DNA from: the human T2T-CHM13v2.0 reference genome, Homo sapiens
Direction: 5' to 3' (one strand)
Assembly: GCF_009914755.1 (NCBI RefSeq)
Contig: NC_060925.1
Length of the DNA stretch: 64,000 nt
The notes under the pieces: model-generated
What the model was told of the DNA's origin: nothing
The model's database searches: none
The model's input: the letters and a program-made list of their open reading frames with translations, nothing else
Translations under genes and position numbers: made by a program
In this document: positions 29,001-46,005 of the stretch, one piece after another
Layout: each line of letters begins with the position of its first letter
Numbering within the stretch: the stretch's first letter is position 1

Positions 29001-32000
29001 GATCATCATCGAATGGACCCGAATGGAATCATCATCCAACGGAAGCTAATGGAATCAACATCGAATGAATCAAATGGAAACACCATCGAATTGAAACGAA
29101 TGGATTTACCATGAAATTGAAATGGATGGACTCATCATCAAATGGATTCGAGTGGAATCATCGAATAAAATTGATTGAAATCATCATCGAATGTTATCGA
29201 ATGGTATCATTGAATGGAATCGAATGGAATCATCATCAGATGGAAATGAAAGGAATCGTCATAGAATGGAATCGAATGGATTCATTGAATGGAATCAGAT
29301 GGAATCTTCGAATGGACTGGAATGGAATCATTGAATGGACTCGAAAGGGATCATTATTGAATGGAATTGAATGGAATCATCGAATGGTCTCGATTGGAAT
29401 CATTATCAAATGGAATCGAATGGAATCACCGAATAGAATCGAATGGAACAATCATCAAATGGACTCAAATGGAATTATCCTCAAATGGAATTGAATGGAA
29501 TTATCGAATGCAATCGAATGGAATTATCGAATGCAATCGAATAGAATCATCGAATGGACTCGAATGGAATCATCGAATGGAATGGAATGGAACAGTCAAT
29601 GAACTCGAATGGAATCATCATTGAATGGAATCGAAAGGAATAATCGAGTGGAATCGAATGTAATCATCATCAAATGGAATCAAAAATAACCATCATCAAA
29701 TGGAATCAAAAATAACCATCATCAATTGGTGTTGAATGGAATTCTCATCAAATGGAATTCAAAGAAATCATCATCAAATGGAACCGAATGGAATCCTCAT
29801 TGAATGGAAATGAAAGGGGTCATCATCTAATGGAATCGCATGGAATCATCATAAAATGGAATCGAATGGAATCAACATCAAATGGAATCAAATGGAATCA
29901 TTGAACGGAATTGAATGGAATCGTCATCGAAAGAATTGAATGCAATCATCGAATGGTCTCGAATGGAATCATCTTCAAATGGAATGGAATGGAATCATCG
30001 CATAGAATCGAAAGGAATTATCATCGAATGGAATCGAATGGAATCAACACCAAACGGAAAAAAACGGAATTATCGAATGGAATCGAAGAGAATCATCGAA
30101 TGGACCCGAATGGAATCATCTAATGGAATGGAATGGAATAATCCATGGACTCGAATGCAATCATCATCGAATGCAATCGAATGGAATCATCGAATGGACT
30201 CGAATGGAATAATCATTGAACGGAATCGAATGGAATCATCATCGGATGGAAACGAATGGAATCATCATCGAATGGAATCGAATAGAATTATGGATTGAAA
30301 TCCAGTGTGATCATCATCGAATGGACCCGAATGGAATCATCATCCAACGGAAGCTAATGGAATCAACATCGAATGAATCGAAAGGAAACACCATCGAATT
30401 GAAACGAATGGAATTACCATGAAATTGAAATGGATGGACTCATCATCAAATGGATTCGTATGGAATCATCGAATAAAATTGATTGAAATCATCATCGAAT
30501 GGAATCGAATGGTATCATTGAATGGAATCGAATGGAATCATCATCAGATGGAAATGAATGGAATCGTCATAGAATGGGATCGAATGGATTCATTGAATGG
30601 AATCAGATGGAATCATTGAATGGACTGGAATGGAATCATTGAATGGACTCGAAAGGGATCATTATTGAATGGAATTGAATGGAATCATCGAATGGTCTCG
30701 ATAGGAATCATTATCAAATGGAATCGAATGGAATCACCGAATAGAATCGAATGGAACAATCATCGAATGGACTCAAATGGAATTATCCTCTAATGGAATC
30801 GAATGGAATTATCGAATGTAATCGAATGGAATTCTCGAATGCAATCGAATAGAATCATCGAATGGACTCGAATGGAATCATCGAATGGAATGGAATGGAA
30901 CAGTCAATGAACTCGAATGGAATCATCATTGAATGGAATCGAATGGAATCATCGAGTGGAATCGAAAGGAATTATGACCAAATGGAATCGAATGTAATCA
31001 TCATCAAATGGAATCAAAAATAACCATCATCAATTGGTATTGAATGGAATTGTCATCAAATGGAATTCAAAGGAATCATCATCAAATGGAACCGAATGGA
31101 ATCCTCATTGAATGGAAATGAAAGGGGTCATCATCTAATGGAATCGCATGGAATCATCATCAAATGGAATCGAATGGAATCATCATCAAATGGAATCTAA
31201 TGGAAACATTGAAAAGAATTGAATGGAATCGTCATCGAATGAATTGAATGCAATCATCGAATGGTCTCGAATGGAATCATCTTCTAATGAAAAGGAATGG
31301 AATCATCGCATAGAATCGAATGGAATTATCATCGAATGGAATCGAATGGTATCAACACCAAACGGAAAAAAACGGAATTATCGAATGGAATCGAAGAGAA
31401 TCTTCGAACGGACCCGAATGGAATCATCTAATGGAATGGAATGGAATAATCCATGGACTCGAATGCAATCATCATCGAATGGAATCGAATGGAATCATCG
31501 AATGGACTCGAATGGAATAATCATTGAACGGAATCGAATGGAATCATCATCGGATGGAAACGAATGGAATCATCATCGAATGGAAATGAAAGGAGTCATC
31601 ATCTAATGGAATTGCATGGAATCATCATCAAATGGAATCGAATGGAATCAACATCAAATGGAATCAAATGGAATCATTGAACGGAATTGAATGGAATCGT
31701 CATCGAATGAATTGAATGCAATCATCGAATGGTCTCGAATGGAATCATCTTCAAATGGAATGGAATGGAATCATCGCATAGAATCGAATGGAATTATCAT
31801 CGAATGGAATCGAATGGAATCAACATCAAACGGAAAAAAACGGAATTATCGAATGGAATCGAAGAGAATCATCGAATGGACCCGAATGGAATCATCTAAT
31901 GGAATGGAATGGAATAATCCATGGACTCGAATGCAATCATCATCGAATGGAATCGAATGGAATCATCGAATGGACTCGAATGGAATAATCATTGAACGGA

Positions 32001-33733
32001 ATCGAATGGAATCATCATCGGATGGAAATGAATGGAATCATCATCGAATGGAATCGAATAGAATTATGGAATGAAATCCAGTGTGATCATCATCGAATGG
32101 ACCCGAATGGAATCATCATCCAACGTAAGCTAATGGAATCAACATCGAATGAATCGAATGGAAACACCATCGAATTGAAACGAATGGAATTACCATGAAA
32201 TTGAAATGGATGGACTCATCATCGAATGGATTCGAATGGAATCATCGAATAAAATTGATTGAAATCATCATCGAATGGTATCGAATGGTATCATTGAATG
32301 GAATCGAATGGAATCATCCTCAGATGGAAATGAATGGAATCGTCATAGAATGGAATCGAATGGATTCATTGAATGGAATCAGATGGAATCATCGAATGGA
32401 CTGGAATGGAATCATTGAATGGACTCGAAAGGGATCATTATTGAATGGAATTGAATGGAATCATCGAATGGTCCCGATGGAATCATTATCAAATGGAATC
32501 GAATGGAATCACCGAATAGAATCGAATGGAACAATCATCGAATGGACTCAAATGGAATTATCCTCACATGGAATCGAATGGAATTATCGAATGCAATCGA
32601 ATGGAATTATCGAATGCAATCGAATAGAATCATCGAATGGACTCGAATGGAATCATCGAATGGAATGGAATGGAACAGTCAATGAACTCGAATGGAATCA
32701 TCATTGAATGGAATCGAATGGAATCATCGAGTGGAATCGAATGGAATTATGATCAAATGGAATCGAATTTAATCATCATCAAATGGAATCAAAAATAACC
32801 ATCATCAATTGGTATTGAATGGAATTCTCATCAAATGGAATTCAAAGGAATCATCATCAAATGGAACTGAATGGAATCCTCATTGAATGGAAATGAAAGG
32901 GGTCATCATCTAATGGAATCGCATGGAATCATCATCAAATGGAATCGAATGGAATCATCATCAAATGGAATCTGATGGAATCATTGAACAGAATTGAATG
33001 GAATCGTCATCGAATGAATTGAATTCAATCATCGAATGGTCTCGAATGTAATCACATTCTAATGGAAAGGAATGGAATCATCGCATAGAATCGAATGGAA
33101 TTAACATTGAATGGACTCGAATGGAATCAACATCAAACGGAATCAAGCGGAATTATCGAATGGAATCGAAGAGAATCATCGAATGGTCTCGAATGGAATC
33201 ATCTTCTAATGGAAAGGAATGGAATCATCTCATAGAATCGAATGGAATTAACATTGAATGGACTCGAATGGAATCAACATCAAATGCAATCAAGCGGAAT
33301 TGTCGAATGAAATCGAAGAGAATCATCGAATGGACTCGAATGGAATCATCTAATGGAATGGAATGGAATAATCCACGGACTCGAATGCAATCATCATCGT
33401 ATAGAATCGAATGGAATGATCGAAAGGACTCGAATGGAATAACCATTGAACGGAATCGAATGGAATCATCATCGGATGGAAACGAATGGAATCATCATCG
33501 AATGGAAATGAAAGGAGTCATCATCTAATGGAATTGCATGGAATCATCATCAAATGGAATCGAATGGAATCATCATCAAATGGAATCAAATGGAATCATT
33601 GAACGGAATTGAATGGAATTGTCATCGAATGAATTGACTGCAATCATCCAATGGTCTCGAATGGAATCATCTTCAAATGGAATGGAATGGAATCATCGCA
33701 TAGAATCGAATGGAATTATCATCGAATGGAATC
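26054..33733 (+). repeat. Higher-order unit L, copy 2 (7680 bp)
   Basis: Spacing 26234->33914 = 7680. L-type alleles (ATCCAATGG, TGAAAGAATT, GGAATGGTCATC, doubled CAAAAATAAC block). Confidence 0.95.
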
Positions 33734-36700
33734 GAATGGTATCAACATCAAACGGAAAAAAACGGAATTATCGAATGGAATCGAAGAGAATCTTCGAACG
33801 GACCCGAATGGAATCATCTAATGGAATGGAATAGAATAATCCATGGACTCGAATGCAATCATCATCGAATGGAATCGAATGGAATCATTGAATGGACTCG
33901 AATGGAATAATCATTGAACGGAATCGAATGGAATCATCATCGGATGGAAATGAATGGAATCATCATCGAATGGAATCGAATAGAATTATGGAATGAAATC
34001 CAGTGTGATCATCATCGAATGGACCCGAATGGAATCATCATCCAACGGAAGCTAATGGAATCAACATCGAATGAATCGAAAGGAAACACCATCGAATTGA
34101 AACGAATGGAATTATCATGAAATTGAAATGGATGGACTCATCATCGAATGGATTCGAATGGAATCATCGAATAAAATTGATTGAAATCATCATCGAATGG
34201 AATCGAATGGTATCATTGAATGGAATCGAATGGAATCATCATCAGATGGAAATGAATGGAATCGTCATAGAATGGAATCGAATGGATTCATTGAATGGAA
34301 TCAGATGGAATCATCGAATGGACTCGAATGGAATAATCATTGAACGGAATCGAATGGAATCATCATCGGATGGAAACGAATGGAATCATCATCGAATGGA
34401 AATGAAAGGAGTCATCATCTAATGGAATTTCATGGAATCATCATCAAATGGAATCGAATGGAATCAACATCAAATGGAATCAAATGGAATCATTGAACGG
34501 AATTGAATGGAATCGTCATTGAATGAATTGAATGCAATCATCGAATGGTCTCGAATGGAATCATCTTCAAATGGAATGGAATGGAATCATCGCATAGAAT
34601 CGAATGGAATTATCATCGAATGGAATCGAATGTTATCAACATCAAACGGAAAATAACGGAATTATCGAATGGAATCGAAGAGAATCATCGAACGGACCCG
34701 AATGGAATCATCTAATGGAATGGAATGGAATAATCCACGGACTCGAATGCAATCATCGTCGAATGGAATCGAATAGAATCATCGAATGGACTCGAATGGA
34801 ATAATCATTGAACGGAATCGAATGGAATCATCATCGGATGGAAACGAATGGAATCATCATCGAATGGAATCGAATAGAATTATGGAATGAAATCCAGTGT
34901 GATCATCATCGAATGGACCCGAATGGAATCATCATCCAACGGAAGCTAATGGAATCAACATCGAATGAATCAAATGGAAACACCATCGAATTGAAACGAA
35001 TGGAATTACCATGAAATTGAAATGGATGGACTCATCATCAAATGGATTCGAATGGAATCATCGAATAAAATTGATTGAAATCATCATCGAATGGAATCGA
35101 ATGGTATCATTGAATGGAATCGAATGGAATCATCATCAGATGGAAATGAATGGAATCGTCATAGAATGGAATCGAATGGATTCATTGAATGGAATCAGAT
35201 GGAATCATTGAATGGACTGGAATGGAATCATTGAATGGACTCGAAAGGGATCATTATTGAATGGAATTGAATGGAATCATCGAATGGTCTCGATTGGAAT
35301 CATTATCAAATGGAATCGAATGGAATCACCGAATAGAATCGAATGGAACAATCATCGAATGGACTCAAATGGAATTATCCTCCAATGGAATGGAATGGAA
35401 TTATCGAATGCAATCGAATGGAATTATCGAATGCAATCGAATAGAATCATCGAATGGACTCGAATGGAATCATCGAATGGAATGGAATGGAACAGTCAAT
35501 GAACTCGAATGGAATCATCATTGAATGGAATCGAATGGAATCATCGAGTGGAATCGAATGGAATTATGATCAAATGGAATCGAATGTAATCATCATCAAA
35601 TGGAATCAAAAATAACCATCATCAATTGGTATTGAATGGAATTGTCATCAAATGGAATTCAAAGGAATCATCATCAAATGGAACCGAATGGAATCCTCAT
35701 TGAATGGAAATGAAAGGGGTCATCATCTAATGGAATCGCATGGAATCATCATCAAATGGAATCGAATGGAATCATCATCAAATGGAATCTAATGGAATCA
35801 TTGAAAAGAATTGAATGGAATCGTCATCGAATGAATTGAATGCAATCATCGAATGGTCTCGAATGGAATCATCTTCTAATGGAAAGGAATGGAATCATCG
35901 CATAGAATCGAATGGAATTATCATCGAATGGAATCGAATGGTATCAACACCAAACGGAAAAAAACGGAATTATCGAATGGAATCGAAGAGAATCTTCGAA
36001 CGGACCCGAATGGAATCATCTAATGGAATGGAATGGAATAATCCATGGACTCGAATGCAATCATCATCGAATGGAATCGAATGGAATCATCGAATGGACT
36101 CGAATGGAATAATCATTGAACGGAATCGAATGGAATCATCATCGGATGGAAACGAATGGAATCATCATCGAATGGAAATGAAAGGAGTCATCATCTAATG
36201 GAATTGCATGGAATCATCATAAAAGGGAATCGAATGGAATCAACATCAAATGGAATCAAATGGAATCATTGAACGGAATTGAATGGAATCGTCATCGAAT
36301 GAATTGAATGCAATCATCGAATGGTCTCGAATGGAATCATCTTCAAATAGAATGGAATGGAATCATCGCATAGAATCGAATGGAATTATCATCGAATGGA
36401 ATCGAATGGAATCAACATCAAACGGAAAAAAACGGAATTATCGAATGGAATCGAAGAGAATCATCGAATGGACCCGAATGGAATCATCTAATGGAATGGA
36501 ATGGAATAATCCATGGACTCGAATGCAATCATCATCGAATGGAATCGAATGGAATCATCGAATGGACTCGAATGGAATAATCATTGAACGGAATCGAATG
36601 GAATCATCATCGGATGGAAATGAATGGAATCATCATCGAATGGAATCGAATAGAATTATGGAATGAAATCCAGTGTGATCATCATCGAATGGACCCGAAT

Positions 36701-38325
36701 GGAATCATCATCCAACGTAAGCTAATGGAATCAACATCGAATGAATCGAATGGAAACACCATCGAATTGAAACGAATGGAATTACCATGAAATTGAAATG
36801 GATGGACTCATCATCGAATGGATTCGAATGGAATCATCGAATAAAATTGATTGAAATCATCATCGAATTGTATCGAATGGTATCATTGAATGGAATCGAA
36901 TGGAATCATCCTCAGATGGAAATGAATGGAATCGTCATAGAATGGAATCGAATGGATTCATTGAATGGAATCAGATGGAATCATCGAATGGACTGGAATG
37001 GAATCATTGAATGGACTCGAAAGGGATCATTATTGAATGGAATTGAATGGAATCATCGAATGGTCCCGATGGAATCATTATCAAATGGAATCGAATGGAA
37101 TCACCGAATAGAATCGAATGGAACAATCATCGAATGGACTCAAATGGAATTATCCTCACATGGAATCGAATGGAATTATCGAATGCAATCGAATGGAATT
37201 ATCGAATGCAATCGAATAGAATCATCGAATGGACTCGAATGGAATCATCGAATGGAATGGAATGGAACAGTCAATGAACTCGAATGGAATCATCATTGAA
37301 TGGAATCGAATGGAATCATCGAGTGGAATCGAATGGAATTATGATCAAATGGAATCGAATTTAATCATCATCAAATGGAATCAAAAATAACCATCATCAA
37401 TTGGTATTGAATGGAATTCTCATCAAATGGAATTCAAAGGAATCATCATCAAATGGAACTGAATGGAATCCTCATTGAATGGAAATGAAAGGGGTCATCA
37501 TCTAATGGAATCGCATGGAATCATCATCAAATGGAATCGAATGGAATCATCATCAAATGGAATCTGATGGAATCATTGAACAGAATTGAATGGAATCGTC
37601 ATCGAATGAATTGAATTCAATCATCGAATGGTCTCGAATGTAATCACATTCTAATGGAAAGGAATGGAATCATCGCATAGAATCGAATGGAATTAACATT
37701 GAATGGACTCGAATGGAATCAACATCAAACGGAATCAAGCGGAATTATCGAATGGAATCGAAGAGAATCATCGAATGGTCTCGAATGGAATCATCTTCTA
37801 ATGGAAAGGAATGGAATCATCTCATAGAATCGAATGGAATTAACATTGAATGGACTCGAATGGAATCAACATCAAATGCAATCAAGCGGAATTGTCGAAT
37901 GAAATCGAAGAGAATCATCGAATGGACTCGAATGGAATCATCTAATGGAATGGAATGGAATAATCCACGGACTCGAATGCAATCATCATCGTATAGAATC
38001 GAATGGAATGATCGAAAGGACTCGAATGGAATAACCATTGAACGGAATCGAATGGAATCATCATCGGATGGAAACGAATGGAATCATCATCGAATGGAAA
38101 TGAAAGGAGTCATCATCTAATGGAATTGCATGGAATCATCATCAAATGGAATCGAATGGAATCATCATCAAATGGAATCAAATGGAATCATTGAACGGAA
38201 TTGAATGGAATTGTCATCGAATGAATTGACTGCAATCATCCAATGGTCTCGAATGGAATCATCTTCAAATGGAATGGAATGGAATCATCGCATAGAATCG
38301 AATGGAATTATCATCGAATGGAATC
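33734..38325 (+). repeat. Higher-order unit S, copy 5 (4592 bp)
   Basis: Spacing 33914->38506 = 4592; private variants at 33833 and 34520. Confidence 0.95.
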
Positions 38326-41300
38326 GAATGGTATCAACATCAAACGGAAAAAAACGGAATTATCGAATGGAATCGAAGAGAATCTTCGAACGGACCCGAA
38401 TGGAATCATCTAATGGAATGGAATGGAATAATCCATGGACTCGAATGCAATCATCATCGAATGGAATCGAATGGAATCATTGAATGGACTCGAATGGAAT
38501 AATCATTGAACGGAATCGAATGGAATCATCATCGGATGGAAATGAATGGAATCATCATCGAATGGAATCGAATAGAATTATGGAATGAAATCCAGTGTGA
38601 TCATCATCGAATGGACCCGAATGGAATCATCATCCAACGGAAGCTAATGGAATCAACATCGAATGAATCGAAAGGAAACACCATCGAATTGAAACGAATG
38701 GAATTATCATGAAATTGAAATGGATGGACTCATCATCGAATGGATTCGAATGGAATCATCGAATAAAATTGATTGAAATCATCATCGAATGGAATCGAAT
38801 GGTATCATTGAATGGAATCGAATGGAATCATCATCAGATGGAAATGAATGGAATCGTCATAGAATGGAATCGAATGGATTCATTGAATGGAATCAGATGG
38901 AATCATCGAATGGACTCGAATGGAATAATCATTGAACGGAATCGAATGGAATCATCATCGGATGGAAACGAATGGAATCATCATCGAATGGAAATGAAAG
39001 GAGTCATCATCTAATGGAATTTCATGGAATCATCATCAAATGGAATCGAATGGAATCAACATCAAATGGAATCAAATGGAATCATTGAACGGAATTGAAT
39101 GGAATCGTCATCGAATGAATTGAATGCAATCATCGAATGGTCTCGAATGGAATCATCTTCAAATGGAATGGAATGGAATCATCGCATAGAATCGAATGGA
39201 ATTATCATCGAATGGAATCGAATGTTATCAACATCAAACGGAAAATAACGGAATTATCGAATGGAATCGAAGAGAATCATCGAACGGACCCGAATGGAAT
39301 CATCTAATGGAATGGAATGGAATAATCCACGGACTCGAATGCAATCATCGTCGAATGGAATCGAATAGAATCATCGAATGGACTCGAATGGAATAATCAT
39401 TGAACGGAATCGAATGGAATCATCATCGGATGGAAACGAATGGAATCATCATCGAATGGAATCGAATAGAATTATGGAATGAAATCCAGTGTGATCATCA
39501 TCGAATGGACCCGAATGGAATCATCATCCAACGGAAGCTAATGGAATCAACATCGAATGAATCAAATGGAAACACCATCGAATTGAAACGAATGGAATTA
39601 CCATGAAATTGAAATGGATGGACTCATCATCAAATGGATTCGAATGGAATCATCGAATAAAATTGATTGAAATCATCATCGAATGGAATCGAATGGTATC
39701 ATTGAATGGAATCGAATGGAATCATCATCAGATGGAAATGAATGGAATCGTCATAGAATGGAATCGAATGGATTCATTGAATGGAATCAGATGGAATCAT
39801 TGAATGGACTGGAATGGAATCATTGAATGGACTCGAAAGGGATCATTATTGAATGGAATTGAATGGAATCATCGAATGGTCTCGATTGGAATCATTATCA
39901 AATGGAATCGAATGGAATCACCGAATAGAATCGAATGGAACAATCATCGAATGGACTCAAATGGAATTATCCTCCAATGGAATGGAATGGAATTATCGAA
40001 TGCAATCGAATGGAATTATCGAATGCAATCGAATAGAATCATCGAATGGACTCGAATGGAATCATCGAATGGAATGGAATGGAATGGAACAGTCAATGAA
40101 CTCGAATGGAATCATCATTGAATGGAATCGAATGGAATCATCGAGTGGAATCGAATGGAATTATGATCAAATGGAATCGAATGTAATCATCATCAAATGG
40201 AATCAAAAATAACCATCATCAATTGGTATTGAATGGAATTGTCATCAAATGGAATTCAAAGGAATCATCATCAAATGGAACCGAATGGAATCCTCATTGA
40301 ATGGAAATGAAAGGGGTCATCATCTAATGGAATCGCATGGAATCATCATCAAATGGAATCGAATGGAATCATCATCAAATGGAATCCAATGGAATCATTG
40401 AAAGAATTGAATGGAATGGTCATCGAATGAATTGAATGCAATCATCGAATGGTCTCGAATGGAATCATCTTCTAATGGAAAGGAATGGAATCATCGCATA
40501 GAATCGAATGGAATTATCATCGAATGGAATCGAATGGTATCAACACCAAACGGAAAAAAACGGAATTATCGAATGGAATCGAAGAGAATCTTCGAACGGA
40601 CCCGAATGGAATCATCTAATGGAATGGAATGGAATAATCCATGGACTCGAATGCAATCATCATCGAATGGAATCGAATGGAATCATCGAATGGACTCGAA
40701 TGGAATAATCATTGAACGGAATCGAATGGAATCATCATCGGATGGAAACGAATGGAATCATCATCGAATGGAAATGAAAGGAGTCATCATCTAATGGAAT
40801 TGCATGGAATCATCATCAAATGGAATCGAATGGAATCAACATCAAATGGAATCAAATGGAATCATTGAACGGAATTGAATGGAATCGTCATCGAATGAAT
40901 TGAATGCAATCATCGAATGGTCTCGAAAGGAATCATCTTCAAATGGAATGGAATGGAATCATCGCATAGAATCGAATGGAATTATCATCGAATGGAATCG
41001 AATGGAATCAACATCAAACGGAAAAAAACGGAATTATCGAATGGAATCGAAGAGAATCATCGAATGGACCCGAATGGAATCATCTAATGGAATGGAATGG
41101 AATAATCCATGGACTCGAATGCAATCATCATCGAATGGAATCGAATGGAATCATCGAATGGACTCGAATGGAATAATCATGGAACGGAATCGAATGGAAT
41201 CATCATCGGATGGAAATGAATGGAATCATCATCGAATGGAATCGAATAGAATTATGGAATGAAATCCAGTGTGATCATCATCGAATGGACCCGAATGGAA

Positions 41301-44300
41301 TCATCATCCAACGGAAGCTAATGGAATCAACATCGAATGAATCAAATGGAAACACCATCGAATTGAAACGAATGGATTTACCATGAAATTGAAATGGATG
41401 GACTCATCATCAAATGGATTCGAGTGGAATCATCGAATAAAATTGATTGAAATCATCATCGAATGTTATCGAATGGTATCATTGAATGGAATCGAATGGA
41501 ATCATCATCAGATGGAAATGAATGGAATCGTCATAGAATGGAATCGAATGGATTCATTGAATGGAATCAGATGGAATCTTCGAATGGACTGGAATGGAAT
41601 CATTGAATGGACTCGAAAGGGATCATTATTGAATGGAATTGAATGGAATCATCGAATGGTCTCGATTGGAATCATTATCAAATGGAATCGAATGGAATCA
41701 CCGAATAGAATCGAATGGAACAATCATCAAATGGACTCAAATGGAATTATCCTCAAATGGAATTGAATGGAATTATCGAATGCAATCGAATGGAATTATC
41801 GAATGCAATCGAATAGAATCATCGAATGGACTCGAATGGAATCATCGAATGGAATGGAATGGAACAGTCAATGAACTCGAATGGAATCATCATTGAATGG
41901 AATCGAATGGAATAATCGAGTGGAATCGAATGTAATCATCATCAAATGGAATCAAAAATAACCATCATCAAATGGAATCAAAAATAACCATCATCAATTG
42001 GTGTTGAATGGAATTCTCATCAAATGGAATTCAAAGAAATCATCATCAAATGGAACCGAATGGAATCCTCATTGAATGGAAATGAAAGGGGTCATCATCT
42101 AATGGAATCGCATGGAATCATCATAAAATGGAATCGAATGGAATCAACATCAAATGGAATCAAATGGAATCATTGAACGGAATTGAATGGAATCGTCATC
42201 GAAAGAATTGAATGCAATCATCGAATGGTCTCGAATGGAATCATCTTCAAATGGAATGGAATGGAATCATCGCATAGAATCGAAAGGAATTATCATCGAA
42301 TGGAATCGAATGGAATCAACACCAAACGGAAAAAAACGGAATTATCGAATGGAATCGAAGAGAATCATCGAATGGACCCGAATGGAATCATCTAATGGAA
42401 TGGAATGGAATAATCCATGGACTCGAATGCAATCATCATCGAATGCAATCGAATGGAATCATCGAATGGACTCGAATGGAATAATCATTGAACGGAATCG
42501 AATGGAATCATCATCGGATGGAAACGAATGGAATCATCATCGAATGGAATCGAATAGAATTATGGATTGAAATCCAGTGTGATCATCATCGAATGGACCC
42601 GAATGGAATCATCATCCAACGGAAGCTAATGGAATCAACATCGAATGAATCGAAAGGAAACACCATCGAATTGAAACGAATGGAATTACCATGAAATTGA
42701 AATGGATGGACTCATCATCAAATGGATTCGTATGGAATCATCGAATAAAATTGATTGAAATCATCATCGAATGGAATCGAATGGTATCATTGAATGGAAT
42801 CGAATGGAATCATCATCAGATGGAAATGAATGGAATCGTCATAGAATGGGATCGAATGGATTCATTGAATGGAATCAGATGGAATCATTGAATGGACTGG
42901 AATGGAATCATTGAATGGACTCGAAAGGGATCATTATTGAATGGAATTGAATGGAATCATCGAATGGTCTCGATAGGAATCATTATCAAATGGAATCGAA
43001 TGGAATCACCGAATAGAATCGAATGGAACAATCATCGAATGGACTCAAATGGAATTATCCTCTAATGGAATCGAATGGAATTATCGAATGTAATCGAATG
43101 GAATTCTCGAATGCAATCGAATAGAATCATCGAATGGACTCGAATGGAATCATCGAATGGAATGGAATGGAACAGTCAATGAACTCGAATGGAATCATCA
43201 TTGAATGGAATCGAATGGAATCATCGAGTGGAATCGAAAGGAATTATGACCAAATGGAATCGAATGTAATCATCATCAAATGGAATCAAAAATAACCATC
43301 ATCAATTGGTATTGAATGGAATTGTCATCAAATGGAATTCAAAGGAATCATCATCAAATGGAACCGAATGGAATCCTCATTGAATGGAAATGAAAGGGGT
43401 CATCATCTAATGGAATCGCATGGAATCATCATCAAATGGAATCGAATGGAATCATCATCAAATGGAATCTAATGGAAACATTGAAAAGAATTGAATGGAA
43501 TCGTCATCGAATGAATTGAATGCAATCATCGAATGGTCTCGAATGGAATCATCTTCTAATGAAAAGGAATGGAATCATCGCATAGAATCGAATGGAATTA
43601 TCATCGAATGGAATCGAATGGTATCAACACCAAACGGAAAAAAACGGAATTATCGAATGGAATCGAAGAGAATCTTCGAACGGACCCGAATGGAATCATC
43701 TAATGGAATGGAATGGAATAATCCATGGACTCGAATGCAATCATCATCGAATGGAATCGAATGGAATCATCGAATGGACTCGAATGGAATAATCATTGAA
43801 CGGAATCGAATGGAATCATCATCGGATGGAAACGAATGGAATCATCATCGAATGGAAATGAAAGGAGTCATCATCTAATGGAATTGCATGGAATCATCAT
43901 CAAATGGAATCGAATGGAATCAACATCAAATGGAATCAAATGGAATCATTGAACGGAATTGAATGGAATCGTCATCGAATGAATTGAATGCAATCATCGA
44001 ATGGTCTCGAATGGAATCATCTTCAAATGGAATGGAATGGAATCATCGCATAGAATCGAATGGAATTATCATCGAATGGAATCGAATGGAATCAACATCA
44101 AACGGAAAAAAACGGAATTATCGAATGGAATCGAAGAGAATCATCGAATGGACCCGAATGGAATCATCTAATGGAATGGAATGGAATAATCCATGGACTC
44201 GAATGCAATCATCATCGAATGGAATCGAATGGAATCATCGAATGGACTCGAATGGAATAATCATTGAACGGAATCGAATGGAATCATCATCGGATGGAAA

Positions 44301-46005
44301 TGAATGGAATCATCATCGAATGGAATCGAATAGAATTATGGAATGAAATCCAGTGTGATCATCATCGAATGGACCCGAATGGAATCATCATCCAACGTAA
44401 GCTAATGGAATCAACATCGAATGAATCGAATGGAAACACCATCGAATTGAAACGAATGGAATTACCATGAAATTGAAATGGATGGACTCATCATCGAATG
44501 GATTCGAATGGAATCATCGAATAAAATTGATTGAAATCATCATCGAATGGTATCGAATGGTATCATTGAATGGAATCGAATGGAATCATCCTCAGATGGA
44601 AATGAATGGAATCGTCATAGAATGGAATCGAATGGATTCATTGAATGGAATCAGATGGAATCATCGAATGGACTGGAATGGAATCATTGAATGGACTCGA
44701 AAGGGATCATTATTGAATGGAATTGAATGGAATCATCGAATGGTCCCGATGGAATCATTATCAAATGGAATCGAATGGAATCACCGAATAGAATCGAATG
44801 GAACAATCATCGAATGGACTCAAATGGAATTATCCTCACATGGAATCGAATGGAATTATCGAATGCAATCGAATGGAATTATCGAATGCAATCGAATAGA
44901 ATCATCGAATGGACTCGAATGGAATCATCGAATGGAATGGAATGGAACAGTCAATGAACTCGAATGGAATCATCATTGAATGGAATCGAATGGAATCATC
45001 GAGTGGAATCGAATGGAATTATGATCAAATGGAATCGAATTTAATCATCATCAAATGGAATCAAAAATAACCATCATCAATTGGTATTGAATGGAATTCT
45101 CATCAAATGGAATTCAAAGGAATCATCATCAAATGGAACTGAATGGAATCCTCATTGAATGGAAATGAAAGGGGTCATCATCTAATGGAATCGCATGGAA
45201 TCATCATCAAATGGAATCGAATGGAATCATCATCAAATGGAATCTGATGGAATCATTGAACAGAATTGAATGGAATCGTCATCGAATGAATTGAATTCAA
45301 TCATCGAATGGTCTCGAATGTAATCACATTCTAATGGAAAGGAATGGAATCATCGCATAGAATCGAATGGAATTAACATTGAATGGACTCGAATGGAATC
45401 AACATCAAACGGAATCAAGCGGAATTATCGAATGGAATCGAAGAGAATCATCGAATGGTCTCGAATGGAATCATCTTCTAATGGAAAGGAATGGAATCAT
45501 CTCATAGAATCGAATGGAATTAACATTGAATGGACTCGAATGGAATCAACATCAAATGCAATCAAGCGGAATTGTCGAATGAAATCGAAGAGAATCATCG
45601 AATGGACTCGAATGGAATCATCTAATGGAATGGAATGGAATAATCCACGGACTCGAATGCAATCATCATCGTATAGAATCGAATGGAATGATCGAAAGGA
45701 CTCGAATGGAATAACCATTGAACGGAATCGAATGGAATCATCATCGGATGGAAACGAATGGAATCATCATCGAATGGAAATGAAAGGAGTCATCATCTAA
45801 TGGAATTGCATGGAATCATCATCAAATGGAATCGAATGGAATCATCATCAAATGGAATCAAATGGAATCATTGAACGGAATTGAATGGAATTGTCATCGA
45901 ATGAATTGACTGCAATCATCCAATGGTCTCGAATGGAATCATCTTCAAATGGAATGGAATGGAATCATCGCATAGAATCGAATGGAATTATCATCGAATG
46001 GAATC
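38326..46005 (+). repeat. Higher-order unit L, copy 3 (7680 bp)
   Basis: Spacing 38506->46186 = 7680; L-type alleles. Confidence 0.95.
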